Part shown: positions 19,862 through 28,801 of the stretch, in pieces
Layout of the letters: each line of letters begins with the position of its first letter
How positions within the stretch are numbered: the stretch's first letter is position 1
The notes under the pieces: model-generated
Told to the model about the DNA's origin: nothing
Seen by the model: the letters and a program-made list of their open reading frames with translations, nothing else
The model's database searches: none
Translations under genes and position numbers: made by a program
Source: an uncultured Pseudomonadota bacterium
GTDB taxonomy: Bacteria; Desulfobacterota; Binatia; Binatales; Binataceae
Direction of reading: 5' to 3'
DNA length: 64,000 nt
NCBI GenBank assembly: GCA_963805995.1
Contig: CAWDWL010000007.1
Location: 544,931 to 608,930, forward strand

Positions 19862-20251
19862 ATGGCTATGGAGAGTCCCTCCAGGCAATTTGAAGACAGC
19901 AGCCAGACTTGGGCTGCGGGCAGCAATCTTTTGGCCCCGGATTGTCTGCTGCCGGTTCAATACAATGATCTGATACGAAAGCGCCACGTGCTTGAGGGGG
20001 AAGTTAAGCTGATGATGGCGGTTTTGAAGGACGCAATCCGCGCCTACATCAGGGACATGGACGGACGCACCCCGCAGGCACGGCGCAATTTCCAGGAAAC
20101 TTATCGATGGGTCCATGCCGCAGATCAGGACGGGGTCTTTGCCTACGACAATGTCTGTGACACCTTGGGACTGGAACCCGGCCTGCTGCGCCGATGGCTC
20201 AAATCGCTACACGACGTCGAATTGGCTCTACCGCGCGCCACAGGACGTTGA
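19862..20251 (+). CDS. Hypothetical protein (129 aa), unknown function
   Basis: An ATG with AGGGGA 5 nt upstream. The codon usage matches its neighbours and it sits downstream of the putative sigma-54 promoter. I recognise no family. Confidence 0.5.
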   Translation: MAMESPSRQFEDSSQTWAAGSNLLAPDCLLPVQYNDLIRKRHVLEGEVKLMMAVLKDAIRAYIRDMDGRTPQARRNFQETYRWVHAADQDGVFAYDNVCDTLGLEPGLLRRWLKSLHDVELALPRATGR

Positions 20252-20344
20252 ACCGCTGCTCGCTCCCACCAAGCTCGGCCGATGCGGTTGGCCATCAATC
20301 CGCGCGCTTGGTGGAGTGCGTAAAACGGTGTCTGCGTGGACCGT

Positions 20345-20462
20345 CCAAGGTTTGGTGGTTGCGCGCCTGCGGGAAAGATGGCTTCACTCATACATCTTCT
20401 CTCCTTCTCGGAGAGATAAGTGTGAGGCAGCAGGCAGTGAAAAGGCGGAAATCCTTTTTCCG
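20345..20462. repeat. MITE-like element, family B, copy 1 (5'-truncated); hairpin core TCTTCTCTCC..GGAGAGATAAG and right terminus GGCGGAAATCCTTTTTCCGC
   Basis: About 80-85% identical to 34921..35067 over about 115 bp, read directly. Confidence 0.55.
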
Positions 20463-20764
20463 CGATCTGCCAGGGCCGCCGCTCGCTCCGCTGGCGATGC
20501 TCGCGGGCGTTGGCCCAACAATCAGAGGCGCTAAAACCCAGCCTTTAGACCCACGGAGGCGTCCGGCGGCATCCCGATGACACCGTCGCTCTGTTCCGTA
20601 CCGTCGAGCTGAATCCCGACATTACCGGATAGAACCGGAAGCCCCAAATCCCAGGTCCGAGAGGTCTTGCGGAATCCGCCGACTTCGGCAATATGGTTAT
20701 TTGGCAGAGGGTCGGTCTTCAGACGTCGGGAAGGCCTGATCCGCGCAGTAACGGTTGGGAGGGT

Positions 20765-21370
20765 ATGCTGGTGGGACGTTCTACCCTTGGAGACGCGGGA
20801 GATCAGTCAACTGCCGTACGCGCAGAAGCTTTCAGTCGCAGGCGGTTGCTCAAATGGGGGTCCTTGATAGCGGGTTCCACGCTGGTGCCAGGCGCGGCAT
20901 TCGCTGCTCTGCGCGTGCCCTATCCGCCCGACCGCTCGCTCAGGTTCTACAACCTGCATACCGGTGAGAGCCTCAACACGGTTTACTGCGAGAATGGCCG
21001 TTACATCCCCGGCGCTCTGAGCCAGGTTAACTACATCCTGCGCGATTTCCGGGCCAACGAGATCAAAGCAATCGATCCGCGGCTGCTCGACCTGCTGTAT
21101 TCACTCAATCGCCGGCTTTATACGCAACAACCCTTCGAGATCATCTCCGGCTACCGCTCGCCGGCAACCAACGCAATGCTGGCCGCGCGCAGCGAGGGAG
21201 TGGCTCGCCACAGTCTGCATATCGAAGGCAAGGCCGCCGATATTCGGGTGCCGGACCGGGGATTGCGGGAAGTATGGCGCGCGGCGATGGACATGTGGAG
21301 CGGGGGCGTCGGCTTCTATCCGCGGTCCGACTTCGTCCACGTGGATGTTGGCCGTCCCCGTTTCTGGTAA
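20765..21370 (+). CDS. DUF882 domain protein (YcbK-like, peptidase M15 superfamily) with twin-arginine signal
   Basis: The ATG at 20765 has GGGAGGG 3 nt upstream. The Tat-like signal SRRRLLKWGSLIAGSTLVPGAAFA is followed by the conserved DUF882 core (..SGYRSPATNAML..HSLHIEGKAADI..). Confidence 0.8.
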   Translation: MLVGRSTLGDAGDQSTAVRAEAFSRRRLLKWGSLIAGSTLVPGAAFAALRVPYPPDRSLRFYNLHTGESLNTVYCENGRYIPGALSQVNYILRDFRANEIKAIDPRLLDLLYSLNRRLYTQQPFEIISGYRSPATNAMLAARSEGVARHSLHIEGKAADIRVPDRGLREVWRAAMDMWSGGVGFYPRSDFVHVDVGRPRFW

Positions 21371-21464
21371 GCGCCAAAAGACCGGTATCAGCGCACAACG
21401 CCCGGGGGGAGACGCATCACGCCGCCCTTTTTTAGCGCTGGATTTTGGCGTAAGATCGCCGGAT

Positions 21465-23114
21465 ATGCCCGACATCGGCCGTCCGCGCGCAATCAACGAT
21501 GCCAGAACTGCCGCGAATTCAACGGCCGGATTCCAGTCCTGTCCGGATTCCAAACCCGGTCCGGATTCCAAACCCGGTAAGGACATGCCTGATACCCCTG
21601 GCACTCACCGATTACACTCCGACAGCCCCGCTTATTTTCATTTGCTGTGGGATCACGAACTGGACAGCCTCGCCCCGATTCTGGACTCAATCCTGAGCCG
21701 GCGCGAACAGGTCCTGGCCCACTGGCATCGGCTCTATATCCTGCATTTCGGCGATTCACGCTCACTTTCCGACCGCGAGTTCATGGAGATCTTCGGCGCG
21801 GATCTGGCGGCGACCGTCGGTGACCTGCGGGCCAAGGACGTCAATAAATTCACCGCCGACGTACGTCGGATCGGCGAAGCGCTGGCGGAGCGCCGGGTGC
21901 CGTTCTCGGAGGTCGTGGTCTCGATGCATCTGTTCGAGGAAAGCGCCACCGGTGCCTTCCCGAGCTTTCCGCCCCCGATGCCCAAGATTTACCTCGCATT
22001 CGATAAACTCAGCCATTGCCGGATGATCGTCCTGGCCGACGCCTTTTTCCGTTCGACCGCGGCGGTCGCCAACGCCCGGATCCGTGATCTTGAACGGGAG
22101 GCCTCCCTGTTGCCACGCCAGGCCCGCAGCCGCTTTCATGGCCTCGTTGGGGCCAACCCCGCAATGCGCCAGTTGTATGACCGCGTTGAAGCGGCCGCCA
22201 GGACCCGCGGCACGATTCTGATCGTGGGAGAAAGCGGCACCGGCAAGGAACTGGTGGCCCGGGCGATTCACGAGGTTTCCGGCGAGGTCCGCGCTCCGTT
22301 CGTCGCACTTAACTGTGCGGCGATCCCGCGTGAGCTCATCGAAAGCGAGTTGTTCGGCTACAAGCGCGGCGCGTTCAGTGGCGCCAACGCCGAGCATCTG
22401 GGGCTGTTTCGCTCCGCGGAGGGCGGCACCCTGTTTCTGGACGAAATCACCGAGATGAGCCCTGAAACGCAGACCAAGTTGTTGCGCGTTCTTCAGGAAC
22501 GATCGGTGCGCCCGGTCGGCGGCACCCACGAAATCCCGATCGATGCGCGGGTCGTCGCCACGACCAATCGCGAACCCACCGACGCGGTGCGGACTGGCCA
22601 GCTTCGTTCCGACCTCTATTACCGGCTGCAAGCCAATGTGCTGCGAATCCCGCCGCTAAGAGAGCGTTTGGACGACGTGCCCTTGCTGATCGAGCACTTC
22701 ATCAACGTCTTTAATGAGCGGCTCAAGCGCCCGATTCCGGTAATCGGCATCTCGGAAGATGCGATGGCGGCGATGCAAAACTACGAATGGCCGGGCAACG
22801 TGCGCGAATTGTCCAACTCGATCGAAGGCGCATTTACCTTCGGGCGTTCCGCGAGCATAACACTGGCGGATCTGCCGCCGCAGTTGGCTGGTGCGTACCA
22901 CTCGGAGCCGGCTGCCGCTCAAAGCGCCCCCCCGGAGCCTCCAACCGGATCCGCCCCCGAAGCGGCCAAGGTGCAGAGCTTTGCCGACGTGGAGCGGGAA
23001 CTGATCCGCCGCGCCCTCGAGAACACCGAAGGAAACAAGGTGCAAGCCGCCAAGTTGCTGCGTATTTCGCGCAAGAAGCTTTACGCGAAGATCGAAAAAT
23101 ACGGCCTTACTTGA
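21465..23114 (+). CDS. Sigma-54-dependent transcriptional activator (bacterial enhancer-binding protein; N-terminal sensory domain + AAA+ sigma-54 interaction domain + C-terminal Fis-type HTH)
   Basis: The AAA+ domain carries GESGTGKELVARAIH and the GAFTGA-like sequence ...ESELFGYKRGAFSGA. The C-terminal HTH is KVQAAKLLRISRKKLY. The start is uncertain: 21345 overlaps the upstream gene, and 21465 or 21585 are both possible ATGs with weak RBS. Confidence 0.85.
   Translation: MPDIGRPRAINDARTAANSTAGFQSCPDSKPGPDSKPGKDMPDTPGTHRLHSDSPAYFHLLWDHELDSLAPILDSILSRREQVLAHWHRLYILHFGDSRSLSDREFMEIFGADLAATVGDLRAKDVNKFTADVRRIGEALAERRVPFSEVVVSMHLFEESATGAFPSFPPPMPKIYLAFDKLSHCRMIVLADAFFRSTAAVANARIRDLEREASLLPRQARSRFHGLVGANPAMRQLYDRVEAAARTRGTILIVGESGTGKELVARAIHEVSGEVRAPFVALNCAAIPRELIESELFGYKRGAFSGANAEHLGLFRSAEGGTLFLDEITEMSPETQTKLLRVLQERSVRPVGGTHEIPIDARVVATTNREPTDAVRTGQLRSDLYYRLQANVLRIPPLRERLDDVPLLIEHFINVFNERLKRPIPVIGISEDAMAAMQNYEWPGNVRELSNSIEGAFTFGRSASITLADLPPQLAGAYHSEPAAAQSAPPEPPTGSAPEAAKVQSFADVERELIRRALENTEGNKVQAAKLLRISRKKLYAKIEKYGLT
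21523..21585 (+). repeat. Tandem repeat, about 3 x 18 bp (CCGGATTCCAAACCCGGT), at the 5' end or leader of the sigma-54 activator gene
   Basis: Read directly. If translated it encodes PDSKPG repeats. Confidence 0.7.
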
Positions 23115-23356
23115 AGCGCCAGCGGCTCAGTTCTCGCTCTCCGGCGGCAGCTCCGCGCCCAACGCCAGGCACATGAAGGCGTCGAGCACGTCGCTGCGGG
23201 TCAGCATCCCTACGCGATTGCGCTCGAACCACCACCTCCCGCCGAATCTACGACGGATGAAACACTAGCCGAGACAGTCGGAAATGTCCTTATGCTGGAT
23301 CCGACGGGCCGCAGGACTTAGCGGACTTCAATTTCTTCTTCCTCCGCTCTCCGCGC

Positions 23357-23690
23357 GAGACTGTCGATAAACGACTAAAGGGCAAAGCCAGGTGCTTGGT
23401 AGCGCGGTCGCGCAATGGTGGCTTGGTTCTGTTCCCTCGCCCACATTCAGTTGTGGGAGAGGGCTGAGGGTGAGGGTTCTGATACACCTCAAGTAGGATA
23501 AACGCATTGGCGCACTGCGAGATTCTGCCTGCGTGACACCTCCTTGCAGGGCCGCCTGCACCCTCACCCGTCACGCGACTTGCTGGCGCAAATCGCGTGA
23601 CGACCTCTCCCGGCATGCGCCTGCGGCACCCGAGTCCGCAGCCGCGGGCGAGGTAGGTTTAGGAGTTTATCGACAGTTTCCGCGCGGAAG
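23357..23690. mobile_element. MITE-like element, family A, copy 2 (about 333 bp), inverted relative to copy 1, with terminal inverted repeats GAGACTGTCGATAAAC ... TTTATCGACAGTTTC
   Basis: Its reverse complement aligns with 16325..16600 at about 93% identity, with one insertion of about 55 bp. ORF 23290..23616 within it is repeat-derived. Confidence 0.55.
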
Positions 23691-23704
23691 GGGAGAGGGG
23701 CCAA

Positions 23705-24091
23705 CTACTGCGGTTTGCCGGGGACTCCGGGGGCGCGCAGTTCGATCGTGTTGCCGTCGGGATCGAGCACCCATAGCAGCGAGCCGAAGCCTTCCATCGA
23801 CATCTCGCGGAATTCCAGTCCGCGCTGCTTGATTGCCGCCTTGGCGGCTTCGTAGTCTTCGACCTCGATCGCAACGTGAGGTCCGGTGGGGTCGATACTT
23901 CCGCCCTTCATTGGATTGTCCGCCGAGATGATATGCAGCGCGCTCTCGCCGACGCCGTACCAGGCGCCGCCGATACCCATCTGCGGGCGCGGAATCTGTT
24001 TGAGCCCGATAACGTTCTCATAGAAATCGCAGGCCTTTTCCACGTCGGTCACCCGGAACGCCGCGTGGTTGAGAGCCTTGGGCTTGGTCAT
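23705..24091 (-). CDS. VOC family protein (glyoxalase/bleomycin-resistance/dioxygenase fold)
   Basis: The N-terminus MTKPKALNHAAFRVTDVEKACDFYENVIG is the typical VOC beta-alpha-beta-beta-beta start. I used the internal ATG at 24091 rather than the track extension. Confidence 0.75.
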   Translation of the reverse strand: MTKPKALNHAAFRVTDVEKACDFYENVIGLKQIPRPQMGIGGAWYGVGESALHIISADNPMKGGSIDPTGPHVAIEVEDYEAAKAAIKQRGLEFREMSMEGFGSLLWVLDPDGNTIELRAPGVPGKPQ

Positions 24092-24205
24092 GACGCAACC
24101 TCCCACGGAAGCATTGGATAAGCGCGACGCGCGCATCGCCAAAACGTCGCCACCTGTTGAGCTGTATAACACGCCCTCTTCGCGGGCGTAAGGAACGTGC
24201 GCAAC

Positions 24206-25375
24206 TCAATCGAACGCCGAAAATCCGGTGATATCGCGCCCGAGAATCAGGGTGTGGACGTCGAAGGTTCCTTCGTAAGTGTTGACGGTTTCCAGGTTGA
24301 GCATGTGGCGAATCACCGGGTACTCGTTGACGATACCGTTGGCGCCGAGCATGTCGCGCGCCACCCGGGCAATTTCCAGCGCCGCTCCCACGTTGTTACG
24401 CTTGGCGAAGGAAACCTGCTCCTGGCGCATCTTGCCCTGATCCTTGAGATGGGCCAGGCGCAAGCAGACCATCTGCGCCTTGGTGATTTCCGTCAGCATC
24501 GTGACCAGCTTGTTTTGCACCAACTGATAGCCGGCGAGTTGGCGGCTGAACTGTTTGCGTGATTTGGTGTACTCCAGCGCGCATCGGTAGCACGAACGCG
24601 CCGCACCAATCGCGCCCCAGGCAATTCCGTAACGAGCCTGGGTCAGGCAGGCCAGCGCGGCACGCAAGCCGCGCGCTTCAGGCAGGCGCGCGGAATCATC
24701 GAGCTTGACGTCATCGAAGATCAGTTCTGACGTAAGCGAGGCGCGCATCGAAAACTTGCCTTTGATGTTGTGGGTGGTGAATCCTTGCTTGCCCTTTTCC
24801 ACCAGAAAACCGGCGAAGCCTTCATCGACCTTGGCCCAAACGATGGCCACGTCGGCGATCGAGCCATTGGTGATCCAGCGCTTGGTCCCATTGAGCACCC
24901 ATCCACGCCCATCGCGCCGCGCGCGAGTTTCCATCCCACCCGGATCGGATCCATGATCGGGTTCGGTCAGACCGAAGCAGCCGATCATTTTGCCCTGCGC
25001 CATCTCGGGCAGATAGCGGTTTTTTTGTTCCTCGGAGCCGAAGGCATAAATCGCGTACATCGACAGCGCGCTTTGAACTGAAGCGAAGGAACGCAAGCCA
25101 GAGTCTCCCGCCTCGAGTTCCTGCATGATCAATCCATAAGCTACGTTGTTCATACCGGCGCATCCGTAACCCTTCATGTTGGCGCCAAAGAACCCCAGCT
25201 CGGCCATTTGAGGAATCAGTTCGAGGGGGAAGGTCTCGTTGGCGAAGTGCTTCTCGATATCGGGCAGGACCGCCTTTGCAACGAACTGTTTGACCGTTTC
25301 CCGGGTCATCCGTTCTTCAGAAGTAAGCAGATCGTCGAGGCCAAAATAGTCAAGGTCTTCAAGTATTTGTGTCAT
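24206..25375 (-). CDS. gcdH: Glutaryl-CoA dehydrogenase-like acyl-CoA dehydrogenase
   Basis: Acyl-CoA dehydrogenase motifs, with the GCDH-type FGLTEPDHGSDP and C-terminal YEGTFDVHTLILGRDITG. ATG at 25375 with AGGTG upstream. Confidence 0.85.
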   Translation of the reverse strand: MTQILEDLDYFGLDDLLTSEERMTRETVKQFVAKAVLPDIEKHFANETFPLELIPQMAELGFFGANMKGYGCAGMNNVAYGLIMQELEAGDSGLRSFASVQSALSMYAIYAFGSEEQKNRYLPEMAQGKMIGCFGLTEPDHGSDPGGMETRARRDGRGWVLNGTKRWITNGSIADVAIVWAKVDEGFAGFLVEKGKQGFTTHNIKGKFSMRASLTSELIFDDVKLDDSARLPEARGLRAALACLTQARYGIAWGAIGAARSCYRCALEYTKSRKQFSRQLAGYQLVQNKLVTMLTEITKAQMVCLRLAHLKDQGKMRQEQVSFAKRNNVGAALEIARVARDMLGANGIVNEYPVIRHMLNLETVNTYEGTFDVHTLILGRDITGFSAFD

Positions 25376-25577
25376 CTTCACACCTGAATGGTCGATTCAC
25401 GCGGACTCGCTGCGGATTGGAACTGGCAGCCGTTTGCGTTGCCGGGTTTACTGGAGGATTCCCGCAAAAGCGGCAATCGCACCTCGAATGGATTCCATAT
25501 TCGCCGTCGAAACATTATTTTGGCAACCACTTGCGAACCCGAGACTGCATCAGCTAATCTTATACAAAATCAGAGCC

Positions 25578-26558
25578 ATGCATATCGAGACGCTCAAAGT
25601 TTTTTGCGACATTATCGAAAGCGGGAGCTTCTCTTTCGCGGCGTCGCAGAACTTTGTCACCCAGTCCGCGGTCAGCCAACAAGTTCGTAGCCTTGAGGAA
25701 AAATACGACTGTCGCCTTATAGAGCGGGGCCGGACCGGGGTCAAGCCCACCGACGCCGGCCAACTGCTGTACACGGCGGGCAAGGAAATCGTGCGCCGCT
25801 TCATGGAATTGGAGAACCGTCTGCGCGAGATTGGCTCGGTGGTAGGCGGCTCGATTCGCGTGGGCACGGTTTATAGTGTCGGTCTGCACGAGCTTCCCGC
25901 CTACCTGACGGAATTCCTGCGCAGCTATCCCGCCGTGAATGTGCATCTGGAATACCTGCGCGCGAACAAGATCTACGAGGATCTGATCGAAGGCAAGATT
26001 GACCTCGGCGTCGTCGCGTATCCGGCCAAGCGCAGCCAAATTGTTTCAATCGCCTTTCGGCACGACGAATTGGTGCTGGTGGTCCCGCCCGACAGCCCAC
26101 TGGCCAAATCGACCCGGGTCAGCTTTTCCCAGCTTGAGGGCCAGCGCTTTGTGGGTTACGAACGCGACATTTCAACCCGTAAAGCGGTCGATCGGATTTT
26201 ACGCGAGCATGGCGTAAAGCCCCATTACACGATGGAATTCGATAACGTCGAAACCATCAAGCGCGCGGTCGAAATCGGGCTTGGAGTGGCCATCGTGCCG
26301 CGCCTGACCGCGGAGCACGAGACCTCGCGCGGGTCGCTGAAGATGCTGGACTTCCAGGAAGGGACCTTCACCCGTCCGCTGGCGATCATCTACAAGCGCG
26401 GCCGCGAACTTTCGCCTGCTGTTCGTAAATTCGTCGAAGTTCTTACCAATAACCAAGTGCTACCCAAGTCACCACGTACCGAACGGCCACTGGATCGCAC
26501 AGCAACGGTCGAAACCAATCGTCCCGAACGGGAAAAGCTGGAAAAAGCCGCCTCCTGA
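25578..26558 (+). CDS. LysR-family transcriptional regulator
   Basis: The N-terminal wHTH (MHIETLKVFCDIIESGSFSFAASQNFVTQSAVSQQVRSLEE) plus a LysR substrate-binding domain. It is divergent from gcdH, a common LysR arrangement. The track's N-extension (TTG at 25434) is rejected. Confidence 0.85.
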   Translation: MHIETLKVFCDIIESGSFSFAASQNFVTQSAVSQQVRSLEEKYDCRLIERGRTGVKPTDAGQLLYTAGKEIVRRFMELENRLREIGSVVGGSIRVGTVYSVGLHELPAYLTEFLRSYPAVNVHLEYLRANKIYEDLIEGKIDLGVVAYPAKRSQIVSIAFRHDELVLVVPPDSPLAKSTRVSFSQLEGQRFVGYERDISTRKAVDRILREHGVKPHYTMEFDNVETIKRAVEIGLGVAIVPRLTAEHETSRGSLKMLDFQEGTFTRPLAIIYKRGRELSPAVRKFVEVLTNNQVLPKSPRTERPLDRTATVETNRPEREKLEKAAS

Positions 26559-26724
26559 TTTCTTCCTTTTCTGCCCCGTCGGGGTGGTCTGCCCGGCCAC
26601 ATCAGGTCCTCAATATAGTACGCTCCTTGTATTCGGCCTCGGCTCTTGCTTTCGAGTACGTCGGTCGCGCCAGAAGAAGAACCGGCACGGAGCCGGCGCT
26701 ACGGAAAGCCGAAGATCCGTACCA

Positions 26725-27270
26725 TTAGCGTCCAAAGGTTCCTATAAGGTCTGTAAAAGCAAAGACATGGCCCTTTATCGCCTGCTCGACCGCCGGGCCG
26801 GTCGCGGTGGTGGGAGAGATGCGGCTGTTTAGGGCATAGAGGAGGAACCGGTAATGGTGGGGCTTGCCGGGTGGCGGACAGGGCCCGCCGTAACCATCAC
26901 CGCCGAAGTCATTGCGCCCCTGCGCTCCTCCGCCGGGAATCGACGTGCTCTTGGTCACCGCCTCATCAAGATGCGTCGTCTCCGGCGGCAGGTTGTAAAC
27001 CACCCAATGCACGAAGGCACCGCTGGAAGCATCGGGATCATCGACGATCAAGACGAGGCTCTTGGCGCCTTGCGGCACTCCGCTCCACGACAGCGGCGGT
27101 GAGACGTTTTGGCCGGAGCAGGTGTATTTGGGCGGAATCGGATCGCCGGCCGTAAAGGCGCTGCTGTGGATTTGCATCTTTGATTGGGACCAACTGGTGG
27201 CGGGAAGAATCAATGCTGCCGCGATCCAGACCAGCAGGAACTTGAACCCGCGCTTGGCTCGATTGGGCAT
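26725..27270 (-). CDS. YbhB/YbcL family Raf-kinase-inhibitor-like protein (PEBP family), secreted
   Basis: A signal peptide, then the PEBP motifs (YTCSGQNVSPPLSW, DPDAS..FVHWVVYN, GPCPP.G.HHYRF). GAGGAGG RBS 4 nt upstream of the ATG. Confidence 0.8.
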   Translation of the reverse strand: MPNRAKRGFKFLLVWIAAALILPATSWSQSKMQIHSSAFTAGDPIPPKYTCSGQNVSPPLSWSGVPQGAKSLVLIVDDPDASSGAFVHWVVYNLPPETTHLDEAVTKSTSIPGGGAQGRNDFGGDGYGGPCPPPGKPHHYRFLLYALNSRISPTTATGPAVEQAIKGHVFAFTDLIGTFGR

Positions 27271-27361
27271 GGCGCCTCCTCATGCAGCTTGTCGCGCAAC
27301 TCCCGGACACCTATTTTACCGCGCCGGGTGGCAGTCCGCATCCGAAACGTATCGCGCGCGA

Positions 27362-28801
27362 TCATCCCAGCCGCGAGGCGCGATAGCGCACCATCAACAC
27401 AGACAGAATCAGCAACATGCATACCGTGTGAATGTGATAGTCGAGTAAAGCCAGATAACCGGCCCTTCCCAGTATCGTCCGGTTCAGCAACAGGGCCAGG
27501 ATGATGTAGAGTACCATCGCGGAGCTGGCCGCAACGCCGAAATTCCGCTTCGCAACCCAATCCGCCACGATGAGATAGATAGCCGGGATCGCCAGCACCA
27601 GATGCTGGACCCAGGCGATCGGCGCCAGCAGTGCGGCGAGGATCAGCAAGCCGCTGGTTTCCGCCAGCCAGTTCAACTCCAGGCACTCTCCATAGGGACG
27701 TCTTGAAAACCAGCAGAAGATTCCCACCATCACCAGTGCGGATGCGGCCGAAGCGGCTGGTCCGGAAATGGGGATGGTCCGGGGCCATACTGCCATGAGC
27801 TGCTCGATTGCGGGACCCAGCGCCTGATTCCTGATGTTTTGAGCGCCATAGTAATGAGCGGCGGCAGGGTTAAGTCCCACTGCGAAGCCAGCCGCGGATT
27901 GGATCCATTGCCGCTGGTAAACCCACCAGCTCCAAAGCCCCATCCACAGTGCCGGCAGGGCGATCCAGAACGCCGCCGCGGCGGCGCTATATGCAGCCAG
28001 GCGCCAGCGGCGTTTCCAGAGCAGAAAGGGGATGAAAATACCGGCGGTAGCTTTAAGGGCGGTGGCCGCACCAAGGCATCCCGCGGCGGCAATCTCCCGC
28101 CGGCGCCAGGCGAAATAGACCCCACCCAACGCGAGCGCAAGCAGGATTATGTTCGGGCCGCCGTCGTCGAGGTCGCGAATTATATAGTGGGAGGCGAGAA
28201 TCAAAGTTGCGACGCCGAGTGGTAATCCCCGCTCGCGCAGACCCGGGACCGGCTTCCCTAGCATCGCGGCCAGCATGCGCAGGATCAGCCACAGAGAAGC
28301 AATCGCCAGCGAGTAAAAAATTGCGAAAGCCAGCGGCTTGGGTAGCAGCGAAAAAGCGGAGAAAAACATGGCGGCGGCAGGCAGATAGGGAAAATGAAGG
28401 CCGCCCCGATAGAGCGGCTCGCCATGAATAAATCGCCGCCCCAGTTCCATCGAGATATCGAAGTCACCGGGCTGGCGGATGCGGCGCAGCGCGATTGCGG
28501 CCAAATCGATCGCCGCCGCCACGCCAGCAACCGCGATAGCAGTGTGACGATTCTGGGACTTGCTTGAGGTTTGCAGTGGGATCAGAGGATCGAGCGCCGC
28601 TAATTGATCGATGGACGTTCGGACACCAGCGCCAACGAACTGCGCTGGGCGGAACGCACGCCGCGATCCATCTCGTACAGCACTTCGCGGATCATGCGCA
28701 ACGGGTCGGCGGCATTCCACAGCGGCTTGCCCACCATCAGGTAATCGGCGCCCGATCGAACCGCCTGCGCTGGACCGACGCGATCTGATTTCTCGCGCCA
28801 C
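27362..28801 (-). CDS. Glycosyltransferase family 87 / DUF2029 integral membrane protein
   Basis: Polytopic membrane protein with the DFDISMELGRRFIHGEPLY motif (DFxxY..A..L..G..PY), characteristic of DUF2029/GT87. The start is uncertain: the longest ORF overlaps pyrF by 200 nt, and the true start is probably internal or non-ATG. Confidence 0.65.
   Translation of the reverse strand: MAREIRSRRSSAGGSIGRRLPDGGQAAVECRRPVAHDPRSAVRDGSRRAFRPAQFVGAGVRTSIDQLAALDPLIPLQTSSKSQNRHTAIAVAGVAAAIDLAAIALRRIRQPGDFDISMELGRRFIHGEPLYRGGLHFPYLPAAAMFFSAFSLLPKPLAFAIFYSLAIASLWLILRMLAAMLGKPVPGLRERGLPLGVATLILASHYIIRDLDDGGPNIILLALALGGVYFAWRRREIAAAGCLGAATALKATAGIFIPFLLWKRRWRLAAYSAAAAAFWIALPALWMGLWSWWVYQRQWIQSAAGFAVGLNPAAAHYYGAQNIRNQALGPAIEQLMAVWPRTIPISGPAASAASALVMVGIFCWFSRRPYGECLELNWLAETSGLLILAALLAPIAWVQHLVLAIPAIYLIVADWVAKRNFGVAASSAMVLYIILALLLNRTILGRAGYLALLDYHIHTVCMLLILSVLMVRYRASRLG

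Noticed and set aside
21345-21464. Earliest ATG for the sigma-54 activator, overlapping the DUF882 stop by 26 nt
   Set aside because: A same-strand overlap of this size with no RBS is less likely than an internal start. It is kept as an alternative in the feature note.
16196-23700. Possible CRISPR array among the repeat-rich blocks
   Set aside because: The repeats are long (over 100 bp), imperfect and not regularly spaced with unique spacers. No cas genes are present.
25434-25577. 48-codon extension upstream of the LysR regulator (TTG start)
   Set aside because: LysR HTH domains begin within about 5 residues of the N-terminus (MHIETLKVF...). The extension lies in the divergent promoter region.
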